The notes under the pieces are model-generated. The model made no database searches, had not been told where the DNA came from, and worked only from the letters and a program-made list of their open reading frames with translations. Source: a virus (lineage: Duplodnaviria; Caudoviricetes). From it: a stretch of DNA of 45,816 nt. Where the stretch lies: IMG/VR virus record IMGVR_UViG_3300032225_000723, positions 1 to 45,816 of that record; one strand, written 5' to 3'. Made by a program: the position numbers and the translations under genes. This document shows, piece by piece, positions 1-8,069 of this stretch (within the stretch, counting starts at the first letter, position 1; each line of letters starts with the position of its first letter).

Positions 1-184
1 ACTCCTCAAGGTTTTTTTGTAGGTCTTGGATGTTTAAACGGGCAGTAAGAAGACCTTTTATCTCACCAACCATTGCTTTGTACTCCACGTAGTCTTTGGC
101 GCTACCGCTACCCAAGGCTTCCTGAAGTTGTGCCACTTTGTCATCTATCTTTTCAGAAAGAAGTTTTAAGATTTTGTCGTTCAT
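1..184 (-). CDS. Small protein downstream of portal (3' end truncated by window)
   Basis: Hand-translated MNDKILKLLSEKIDDKVAQLQEALGSGSAKDYVEYKAMVGEIKGLL...; ATG overlaps the portal TGA (ATGA); not in the ORF track. Confidence 0.75.
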   Translation of the reverse strand, partial: MNDKILKLLSEKIDDKVAQLQEALGSGSAKDYVEYKAMVGEIKGLLTARLNIQDLQKNLEE

Positions 185-2616
185 GTGTTGCCTTTATTGA
201 TTCGGGCATTTTCTTTGGCTACGTCTACGCCAAGGCGCAGTTTTTCCATTTGCAATTTCTCTTGAGTTTCAATGGCATGGCGTTCAGCCTCTGCTTGAAG
301 TTTTATAGATTCGCCTTGAGTTTGAGCCTGAATTCGCTGTTGCTCAACTTGAATCTGTGCCATCTTCGCTTGTGAGTCTGCGGCATCTTTTTGCTGTTTA
401 CGCTGCAATTCTGCTTGTTTGAGTTGCAATTCTTGCTGTTGTAATTGAACCAATGGGTCTTTTGCTTCCTCGTCTGCCTTCTGCTGGGCGGCTTCGCCCT
501 TGTGAATTGCCAACAACTGCTGGCTGGCTTGAGCAACGAGACGGGACAACTGCACTTCGATAGTGGCTGGCAGTTCTTTGTCTGGCGCTGGGAGAGCAAC
601 GCCCATTTGTTTTTCGATTTGCGAACGGTACTGGAATCCCAAGTGTTCTGCCATGTGCGCTTGAAGAGCCGCCATAATTTGATTGGCTTGAGGATTTTGT
701 CCTATGGTCTTAGTGACCACGGGGTCAGTCATAAATGCTTGGTGCGCTGCAATATGAGCATCGTGGTCTTGGTAAATAAACGCTTTCATTGGTTTACCGT
801 TGACCGCATTCATGTTCTCGCTAATTGGGTCAAGCGGATGAGCATCTTCATCCAGTTTGACCAGTTTCTCTGCGTTTTTAATACCCAACACTTCTAGCAT
901 CTGACGATGCAGATAGGCTAGGTCATAGAGTTGGGGGGCAGTTTGAGCAAGTTGGATAACCGCCTGATACTGGACAACCTTTTGCGATAACGTAGCAGCG
1001 TTCGGGTCCGACACGGGAATAACATCCACCAAGTCGTAATCGGACTTCTTAGCCTGTCTATCACCTTCTTCGGGGTCATATGGATATTCCTCTGGTGTGT
1101 AATCACGAATGATGTCTTTTAAAAGACGCAACTCTTGTTTCAAAGAATAATGAATACGGGCTTGTACCGCACTCATGACTTTCATGGTTCGCTCTAGGAT
1201 TGCCAGCGTAGTTCCTACTGGGGAGTTGGCTGACATATCGGAAATTTGAATGTCGGCTGCGCCAGCAAATCTGCGCCCCTCTTCCACGATTTGATTAAGC
1301 AAACTCATCAAGACTTGGCTTGGCTCCTTGTATGGGAGCGTCATGATGTTGTCTTTGATTGTTCCGCTTGGCACGTCAACGTCACGGAATTCGGCTGGCG
1401 CTATCGGGGTGTCGTCACCTTTAACTCGCAGACCCCGTGTTTTGAAACCACCCGGAAGGTTTGACAAAGTTCCTGCGTCAACAAGTTGCCTGATAAGAGA
1501 AGTACCAGACTTAGCAAAAGCACCGACAAGATGGATAAGCCCGAAACAATAAAAGCCAAAGCCCGGCACATATCCATAATGGACAAAGTGTGTCCTCTTT
1601 TGGTACGTAGAGTCATCTTCTTTCCAATTCCTGCGAATAGAGAGACACTTCCTGCTGCCTTTTTCAATCGTAACAACGTATGGTAAAGCGATGCCAGTGG
1701 GTTCACCATCTTTCCCCTTATGTTCATAGCCTTCTAAATCAAGGTTGACATGCATTTCCAATAACTTATAACGGTCATCGGTAGTGGCACGAAAGCCCAT
1801 CTTCTCGGCAATTTTCTTTTCAACCTCATCCATCGTGTTGTTGGGGTCGCCCAAATCAACATCTAGGTAGAAACCAGCGACTTGGAGTCTGCGGATTTCA
1901 TTCTCGGTCTTACGCATTACGTGAGTTACACGCTCTGCACTTTCTAAATTAGATGCGCCATAAGGCACAACTACGTCTTCTGCGGGTAGGAAAATAGCCG
2001 CTGGGCGTTCAATATTTGGGTCGTAATAGACTTTCTTAAAAGCATTACCCGATAATCCCAAGCCCCAAAGCATACGCTCGGTCTCAGGACGATACTCAAT
2101 CATTACGTCAGAGATTTGGTAATTCATGTCGTTTTGGACACGCATTGCCGCTTCTTTTTTCTCTGGAGTTTCTTTGCCAATAATCTCAGTCTTGACTGGA
2201 CCGCTGGCTGGCAGAATTTCCATAATGGTTTCTGCTTGGAATTTGACCAACGCCTCTGATAACAGGGGATGGTAGACACCGCATGCGCCAGCCCAAGGGT
2301 CGGTACGGTCTTCAATCTTCATGCCAAGGAGTTCTAATCCATCGACATAGGTTTGCATCCAATCTCTGCGGGACGATACGTCATCATCATAGTCGCCAAT
2401 TAAATCGCTAACAATAGACTGAATGGTTTCTTCGCCTAAATACTCGGCAAGGTTGTCATCAAAACCTTCTTCATCTAATGATTCAAGGTCAATTTCCATA
2501 CCATCGATATTGATGTGAACTGACTCTGGGTCTTCGATTTCAATTTCAATATCGGGTGTTTCATCAAGGCTTTCAATTCCTTGAGGGGCTTGGTACAGAC
2601 TTTTTTCTATCGACAT
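181..2616 (-). CDS. Portal protein
   Basis: 811 aa directly after terL; portal-like segments (FKKVYYDP, GFYCFGLIHL, LVDAGTLSNLPGG) and a Gln-rich coiled-coil C-terminus as in P22-like portals. Confidence 0.85.
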   Translation of the reverse strand: MSIEKSLYQAPQGIESLDETPDIEIEIEDPESVHINIDGMEIDLESLDEEGFDDNLAEYLGEETIQSIVSDLIGDYDDDVSSRRDWMQTYVDGLELLGMKIEDRTDPWAGACGVYHPLLSEALVKFQAETIMEILPASGPVKTEIIGKETPEKKEAAMRVQNDMNYQISDVMIEYRPETERMLWGLGLSGNAFKKVYYDPNIERPAAIFLPAEDVVVPYGASNLESAERVTHVMRKTENEIRRLQVAGFYLDVDLGDPNNTMDEVEKKIAEKMGFRATTDDRYKLLEMHVNLDLEGYEHKGKDGEPTGIALPYVVTIEKGSRKCLSIRRNWKEDDSTYQKRTHFVHYGYVPGFGFYCFGLIHLVGAFAKSGTSLIRQLVDAGTLSNLPGGFKTRGLRVKGDDTPIAPAEFRDVDVPSGTIKDNIMTLPYKEPSQVLMSLLNQIVEEGRRFAGAADIQISDMSANSPVGTTLAILERTMKVMSAVQARIHYSLKQELRLLKDIIRDYTPEEYPYDPEEGDRQAKKSDYDLVDVIPVSDPNAATLSQKVVQYQAVIQLAQTAPQLYDLAYLHRQMLEVLGIKNAEKLVKLDEDAHPLDPISENMNAVNGKPMKAFIYQDHDAHIAAHQAFMTDPVVTKTIGQNPQANQIMAALQAHMAEHLGFQYRSQIEKQMGVALPAPDKELPATIEVQLSRLVAQASQQLLAIHKGEAAQQKADEEAKDPLVQLQQQELQLKQAELQRKQQKDAADSQAKMAQIQVEQQRIQAQTQGESIKLQAEAERHAIETQEKLQMEKLRLGVDVAKENARINKGNT

Positions 2617-2624
2617 ATGAATTC

Positions 2625-4133
2625 CTAGTAGTACGCCACTTTGCGTTTAAATGGCTGAACATCGTCTTCACGGTCACTGTTTAAACGAAGAAAGCCACCC
2701 TGCCTGAATCTTAACAGAGCCTGACTCGTTGAGTCTACTAAGTCGTCATGGTCGCCATTAGGAAAAGAGGCGCATTCTTCCATCACTTCATCAGCCCAGC
2801 GAGTATTAGGACACCAAACCATACCTGATGAAAATAAATCAGATACAGCATTTACACGGGCTATCTTATCACTTCCTTTACCCGGTGTGTACTCTGAAAC
2901 AGGAATTCCCATCTGTCTTAATTCATAAATCAAAGGAGCGCCAGCCGCCCGTTTTTCCACGATGCAACTGTCAGGTTCCCATTCCTTATATTGCTCATAG
3001 GCTCTACGCTTAAGTTCTGGAAACTCCATGCGCTCTTTGACGGCATTGAGCAAGATAATATTGGCTTGGCTTTCCCCGTTCGCATTAGGAAGATAAAAGA
3101 CTCCCCACGTTGTACAGGCTGAAAAGTCGGCACGGTTATTCTTCTCGAACGCAGTATCCCAAGACTGAATAATGTAATCACAGGGTGGAGGAACATCCTC
3201 TTCCCAGATTTTCCAATCTTCCCGTTTGATAATTGCTCCCTCTTCCGAGGTTGGATTTTGCTGATATTGGGCTTCCCATTTAGATACTGGAAGTTCAGCC
3301 TTAATTGCTTCAAGTTCTTTTTGTGACCAGAACTCTGACCATAGGGGTTTTCCACTAGGCATCAAAGCAGGGAACTCAATGACTTCCCATTCGTTGGTTC
3401 CGTCCCTTTTGTTGGATGTATCAATGATTTGACCCGTTAAGTCTCGCTTAGACCAGCGGGTCATCACGATAATAATCGCCCCTCCCGGCTGTAAACGCTG
3501 CCGAGGACCAGAGTTGTACCATTCAAAGACCCTGTCGTAGACTGAGGACGTGCCTTGCATCGCCTCTTGCTCGGAGTGTGGGTCATCAATAATCAGAACG
3601 TCAGCGCCCTTACCCGTTACAGCGCCCCCGACACCAATCGCAAAATAGTCACCACCTTTGTTGGTATTCCAGCGTCCCGCTGCTTTGGAGTCTGTGGATA
3701 ACTTGGTGGGAAAGATGGCTTGGTAGTCTGGAGTATTTACCAGATTGCGAACCTTACGACCAAAACCCACGGCAAGTTCTGCGGTGTGGGCTGTTTGAAT
3801 AATCTTTTTCTCAGGGTATTTACCTAAAAACCATGCTGGGAATAGATAGGATGCAAACTCAGACTTGGTGTGTCGAGGCGGCATATTGATAATCAGACGT
3901 TTTAAACTGCCATTGGCTACCCGCTCGAACGCATCTGCCATATCCCTGTGGTGTTTTCCTCCGATAAAGGCTGACCACATTTCCTTTACAAACGGCATGA
4001 AGTTGTTACGGCAGCGCTCTTTTTTGTCTTCTGCGAACAGTGCCCGAACCTTTCCTACGTTGGGATGGTCAGGCGGCAGGACATCTAGCAGTTCTAGGTA
4101 CTGTTTAATTTCGGCTTCTGTAAGCAATGCCAT
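2625..4133 (-). CDS. terL: Terminase large subunit
   Basis: Walker A-like MPPRHTKS, Walker B LIIDDP, coupling motif MTRW, nuclease QSWDTA and HDDLVDS; ATG 4133 overlaps the upstream stop (TAATG). Confidence 0.95.
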   Translation of the reverse strand: MALLTEAEIKQYLELLDVLPPDHPNVGKVRALFAEDKKERCRNNFMPFVKEMWSAFIGGKHHRDMADAFERVANGSLKRLIINMPPRHTKSEFASYLFPAWFLGKYPEKKIIQTAHTAELAVGFGRKVRNLVNTPDYQAIFPTKLSTDSKAAGRWNTNKGGDYFAIGVGGAVTGKGADVLIIDDPHSEQEAMQGTSSVYDRVFEWYNSGPRQRLQPGGAIIIVMTRWSKRDLTGQIIDTSNKRDGTNEWEVIEFPALMPSGKPLWSEFWSQKELEAIKAELPVSKWEAQYQQNPTSEEGAIIKREDWKIWEEDVPPPCDYIIQSWDTAFEKNNRADFSACTTWGVFYLPNANGESQANIILLNAVKERMEFPELKRRAYEQYKEWEPDSCIVEKRAAGAPLIYELRQMGIPVSEYTPGKGSDKIARVNAVSDLFSSGMVWCPNTRWADEVMEECASFPNGDHDDLVDSTSQALLRFRQGGFLRLNSDREDDVQPFKRKVAYY

Positions 4134-4279
4134 TAACCGCAAGTCCTAATTTCTCTGCCCTGAGACTCTTGGATAACACAGCCATTTTCCATGCGAGGAG
4201 TCTTTTGAGGTTCTGTATGCACGGTTGTCCCTGCAAAAAAAGCAATAACCATCAATACGATGACTATTAAAATTTTCAT
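4133..4279 (-). CDS. Small membrane/secreted protein (48 aa)
   Basis: Hand-translated MKILIVIVLMVIAFFAGTTVH...; coupled to neighbours on both sides. Confidence 0.6.
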   Translation of the reverse strand: MKILIVIVLMVIAFFAGTTVHTEPQKTPRMENGCVIQESQGREIRTCG

Positions 4280-4506
4280 AGTCTATTGATGTCTTGCACT
4301 GTTCTGTCCATCAATTTCATCGAACGCACCATATGGGGCTTAATTTGCAACAATCCTTTTTCCCGCAGGGTGTGGATATGTCTGTGGATATTAGACTTAG
4401 AGCGCATGCCTAATCCTTGGGCAATCTCGGAATATGACGGGGCAAAGCCCTTCATTTTGATAAAGGCTTGGATAAAGTCATAGACCAGTTTTTGTTTCTC
4501 AGTCAT
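4276..4506 (-). CDS. LexA-like winged-helix DNA-binding domain protein (no peptidase domain)
   Basis: MTEKQKLVYDFI...GFAPSYSEIAQGLGMRSKSNIHRHIHTLREKGLL matches the LexA N-terminal domain pattern. Confidence 0.85.
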   Translation of the reverse strand: MTEKQKLVYDFIQAFIKMKGFAPSYSEIAQGLGMRSKSNIHRHIHTLREKGLLQIKPHMVRSMKLMDRTVQDINRL

Positions 4507-4735
4507 TTGCGTATTCCTCTCGTTCTTGTTTTTCCATTAACTGCCGCTTGCGCCAGCCCGATATAGGGTGGCTTGCCATATCTGAAGCGTCTTGCAACTG
4601 CGCCAAAACTCGGATAAGCCTACTTCTATCTTCCTGCGGCATTTCCTCTAGGAGTGCCAAAATTTTTTTTGTGTTGGTGTTCGCTATGCTCACATACATG
4701 CCTTCGGCATTTCTACTGAAGTTCATCTTGTCCAT
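4499..4735 (-). CDS. Hypothetical protein
   Basis: 78 aa ORF overlapping neighbours in the operon; GAGG upstream. Confidence 0.6.
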   Translation of the reverse strand: MDKMNFSRNAEGMYVSIANTNTKKILALLEEMPQEDRSRLIRVLAQLQDASDMASHPISGWRKRQLMEKQEREEYAND

Positions 4736-4889
4736 ATGCCTCTTCTAACTGGTGAACCATATCAATTGCCGAGCACAGGCAAGTAGGACAGAAAGCCACT
4801 GGGATGATTCCAAAGTTACCCTTGATACCGCCCTCTTCCTCTAGAGAGAAATCTACACTGCAAGTGCTGCATTTGGCTTGTGTGCTCAT
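4713..4889 (-). CDS. Small zinc-ribbon protein (58 aa)
   Basis: Hand-translated MSTQAKCSTC...FCPTCLCS; two CxxC; AAGGA RBS. Confidence 0.6.
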   Translation of the reverse strand: MSTQAKCSTCSVDFSLEEEGGIKGNFGIIPVAFCPTCLCSAIDMVHQLEEAYGQDELQ

Positions 4890-4968
4890 GGTTTTTTCCT
4901 TAGTTTTTTAAACCATTGGAAAAGGTTATAAAAACGCTTTTGATACTCGGTTAAGTTATCAAAGTGGC

Positions 4969-5100
4969 TCATTTAACGCCCTCGGTAAACTTCTTTAGTT
5001 GGTCAACGATTTTGCCCAGTTCAGTATGTTGTGCTCCACGCATCTCTGCTTGTATCGCCATGAGACTGAGGATGATATTTTTTAACTTGCTCTTTGCCAC
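4969..5100 (-). CDS. Hypothetical protein (43 aa)
   Basis: GTG start after AGGGGG RBS; MAKSKLKNIILSLMAIQAEM... Confidence 0.5.
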   Translation of the reverse strand: MAKSKLKNIILSLMAIQAEMRGAQHTELGKIVDQLKKFTEGVK

Positions 5101-5258
5101 ATTTCCCCCTTATGAGAACGTTACCCAAAGTATATACGAACGTTTAAACTTTGTGTTGGGATTCGATTTGGTCTTTGACTAGGAGAGTAGGAAAGCCAGA
5201 AAAATACCCCCATTGACATCCTCGATTGCTGGCTTAACACCCCAACGCCATTATTTTA

Positions 5259-5274
5259 TGTTCCACGTGAAACA
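5259..5274. promoter_or_regulatory. parS-like centromere site TGTTCCACGTGAAACA
   Basis: Exact match to bacterial chromosomal parS consensus TGTTNCACGTGAAACA; intergenic. Confidence 0.7.
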
Positions 5275-5507
5275 TTTTCAAAAATATATATACCCCCTAC
5301 CCCTGCCGATTCAAAACAACAAGGGGGGTGTTTCCAGTGTAGCAGAACGTTCGTAGTCTATAAAACAATGTGATGGGATTTGTAAAATAGAGCGTATACA
5401 CGTGGGCGGGGGCATGCGGCATATGGGCGGGTACGGGGGTGGTGGGTGTCAGCGGACAGGCATCGCATCGCAACGGCAGTGACAACGCATCGCACACACG
5501 AACGTTT

Positions 5508-6170
5508 TCATTGCAACGATTGTTTGCTAACACGATTCGATTCGAGCAACGCAAGTGATGACTCCAGTTCTTTCTTGAGCGTGTCCACGTTGACCTCCTC
5601 CACTTTCTGTTCCACCTTATCTGTGAACATGCCAACCGCTCTGCCCATCAGTTCCAGTGACTTGAGTCTGTTGCTTAGTTGAGCCTCTTCGTTCTGTGCG
5701 TGTTTAAACAGTTCTGCCATGACGTGTCTCTTCGTTGCCAGTTGGTCTGCTATGACATTTTCTTTGAGACCGTTCCAAAACGACTCAAGGAGCAAAGTGA
5801 TTCGAGCGTCCTTTAAAAGTTTGTTCGCATCAGCAACAATGCTTGCATGACTCATCTTGCTTGTGTCGTAGGCTTTCTCGTAAGCGAGACGTGGTGACAT
5901 CCCTTGCACGATGTTAGAGGCGAATGCATGCATCTTGCCTGTGAGTCTCTTGTCTTTACCTTGTGCATCACTGGTCTCTTCTTTGTGTACTCCATGAGGC
6001 AATCCATTCTTCTTCTTCTTTACCTCTACTGCATTCACTGCTGACCGCATGTCTTCGACTTTCTTTCCCTCGTCAATCGTGCTTGCCTCGTTCTCAAGCA
6101 TCATGCTCTCATCGTTACCCAGTGCGTTTATGTACTCTTCTCTGCTCTTCATGGTGTTCATTCCTATCAT
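5508..6170 (-). CDS. terS: Terminase small subunit
   Basis: RLTGKMHAFASNIVQGMSPRLAYEKAY...ANKLLKDARI HTH and RLKSLELMGRAVGMFTDKVE typical of TerS; upstream of terL. Confidence 0.8.
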   Translation of the reverse strand: MIGMNTMKSREEYINALGNDESMMLENEASTIDEGKKVEDMRSAVNAVEVKKKKNGLPHGVHKEETSDAQGKDKRLTGKMHAFASNIVQGMSPRLAYEKAYDTSKMSHASIVADANKLLKDARITLLLESFWNGLKENVIADQLATKRHVMAELFKHAQNEEAQLSNRLKSLELMGRAVGMFTDKVEQKVEEVNVDTLKKELESSLALLESNRVSKQSLQ

Positions 6171-6227
6171 TCAATCCTGACTGCAATGCATGACATTGTG
6201 AGCGTGTAAACGTTGCATGTAAATGAT

Positions 6228-6253
6228 GTTCGCATTCTGTTCGTTAACTGTTC
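6228..6253. promoter_or_regulatory. Triple GTTC-N7-GTTC-N7-GTTC (alphaproteobacterial-type LexA box)
   Basis: GTTC at 6228, 6239 and 6250, exactly 11 bp apart, upstream of terS. Confidence 0.55.
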
Positions 6254-6585
6254 GCAACAGTGATTGTTTCAACGCATGTTGATGACTACATGCATCACCT
6301 CATGAGTCTCTCTTCACTACATCATCTGCACTGTTTCACTTCGTTTAAATTCCCGCTTTTCACTGGCTCATTCGGTGGCTCATTTTGTGAGCCTTTGACC
6401 ATCCTCGTTTAAACAATCTCCCTTATCAATGTTCCACGACAGTGGCTCATTGATAACCCTCTGCGTTTAAACCATCTGCATTCTCAGCCTGTCCGATGAC
6501 CTTTTTGCCACACTCCTAAGTCATTGATTACATTACGTTTTTACCGAGGGCATATAGAGTTCAAAAAAATATTTACCAAAACCCA

Positions 6586-6612
6586 TTGACAGGTTTAAAC
6601 ACGTGCTATCAT
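6586..6612 (+). promoter_or_regulatory. Sigma70-type early promoter
   Basis: TTGACA (6586) and extended -10 TGcTATCAT (6604-6612) with an A-tract upstream; spacer is short (15 bp) and contains GTTTAAAC. Confidence 0.55.
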
Positions 6613-6696
6613 TGAGTCTCATTCGGTGCTTGCACTGAGTGAAAAAAGAAGTAAGAGGTGCGATGAAAGAGCCTCGGTTTTCTAGAAACCAAAATG

Positions 6697-6981
6697 TTCC
6701 GATGTGCGATAGCAGAGCATCGTTAAACAAGTGGCTGAGTAACTGGTGACTCGCAGTGATAGCACCAGTAGGGTAGATAAGGCTAGTAGGCTCTGTGCGT
6801 GGATACGAGAACACAACCGAACGAGATAACAACCCTGACCGCTTTGACCTGACGGTGACAACGTCAGCGAGTGCGACAGTTACTCAGCGATGAGTTGTTC
6901 TTTCCGATGTGCGACTCCGAGAGCATCGATAAATAAATGCGGATATACGTGCGATAGCAGAGCGTAGAAAAACAAGTGGCT
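6697..6981 (+). repeat. Three imperfect repeats forming hairpins with conserved loop TGCGA...GAG
   Basis: CGATG-TGCGATAGCAGAG-CATCG (6700-6722), CGATG-TGCGACTCCGAGAG-CATCG (6905-6928), TACG-TGCGATAGCAGAG-CGTA (6946-6966). Confidence 0.75.
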
Positions 6982-7089
6982 CGTGAGATTTAATCTCATT
7001 GCACACGACTAGCAACCCACCTACAACATTCGGGTGCTGACTGTGTGCAAGAGGATGCAATCTCGCATCTTTTTGTGGAGGCTTAAACC

Positions 7090-7281
7090 ATGACGATTAA
7101 TACATTTAATGCAGTAGGCATTGCCGAGGGTTTCATTGAGGCTGACTCGGAGGAGCAAGTGCTTGAGGCTTGGCAGTATCTAGTTGACTCAGGCATCGTG
7201 TGGCAGTTGCAAGGTTGGTTCGGACGTACTGCGAACGAACTCATCGAGCGTGGTTTCATCACTGCTCGTTCATCTAACTAA
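7090..7281 (+). CDS. Conserved small early phage protein
   Basis: 63 aa; GGAGG RBS; AWQYLVDSGIVWQLQGWFGRTA motif recurrent in phage early genes. Confidence 0.8.
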   Translation: MTINTFNAVGIAEGFIEADSEEQVLEAWQYLVDSGIVWQLQGWFGRTANELIERGFITARSSN

Positions 7282-7290
7282 GGAGGCATC

Positions 7291-7482
7291 GTGAAAAAAC
7301 TTTTAGAAAGTTTGGTTGTTGTTGTTTCACTCATCGTGTTCGTTCTCTTTCTGTTCGTGTTCATTCTCGATTGGACAGGCGGTTGCGGTGAGACGTACGA
7401 GTATGCGAACGGCACACTGCATCAAGGCGAGTGTGTTGGTCGTGAGTTCTTAAATTCTTATATCAAGGAGGTGTTCAAATGA
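7291..7482 (+). CDS. Small membrane protein
   Basis: N-terminal TM helix; AGGAGG RBS. Confidence 0.7.
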   Translation: MKKLLESLVVVVSLIVFVLFLFVFILDWTGGCGETYEYANGTLHQGECVGREFLNSYIKEVFK

Positions 7483-8042
7483 GCACACGTGAAGATTGGT
7501 TAAACCAAGCAGTAGAAGAGTTGCGCCCTGTGTTCGATGCGAGTGGCTTTGCCTTACCCGCAAACATTCGTGTCACGTGTGGCTTTCCATCCCGCCATGC
7601 ACGTTCGCTTAATCGTGCCATCGGTGAGCACTGGTCTGACAAGGCATCGTCTGACGGTACTCATGAGATTCTTATCTCACCAGTGGAGGCTGACCCTTTC
7701 GAGGTGTTCGGTATTCTCGTGCACGAGTTGGCTCACAGTGCGACTGACGGTGACGGTCATCGTGGTCGTTTTCCATCATGCGTTAAAGCGTTGCACCTTG
7801 AGGGCAAACCGACTAGCACCAAGGTCGGTCAACGGTTCAGAGATAACTTCGGTGCTCTCGTTGAGTCGTTGGGCATCTACCCTCATGCTCGTTTAAACGT
7901 TGGGGCTAATCGCAAGACTCAATCGACACGCATGCTCAAAGCATCGTGCCCCGCTTGTGGCTACACGATTCGTCTCACCAAGACTTGGGCTGACAGAGGC
8001 TTGCCTACTTGCCCAGTTGATGCAGTTACTTTTGTTCTTTAA
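7479..8042 (+). CDS. SprT-like zinc metalloprotease
   Basis: HELAH...GH metal-binding motif and C-terminal CPAC...CP zinc ribbon. Confidence 0.8.
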   Translation: MSTREDWLNQAVEELRPVFDASGFALPANIRVTCGFPSRHARSLNRAIGEHWSDKASSDGTHEILISPVEADPFEVFGILVHELAHSATDGDGHRGRFPSCVKALHLEGKPTSTKVGQRFRDNFGALVESLGIYPHARLNVGANRKTQSTRMLKASCPACGYTIRLTKTWADRGLPTCPVDAVTFVL

Positions 8043-8069
8043 TTCACTTTATCTTCGGAGGCTTAAATC

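Noticed and set aside
5297-5635. 112 aa ORF and other antisense or nested ORFs in the track
   Set aside because: Shadow ORFs overlapping well-supported genes or G-rich non-coding DNA; no RBS or motifs
6697-6981. CRISPR-like mini-array
   Set aside because: Repeats are imperfect and unevenly spaced (about 205 and 41 bp), with no cas genes; better explained as RNA hairpins
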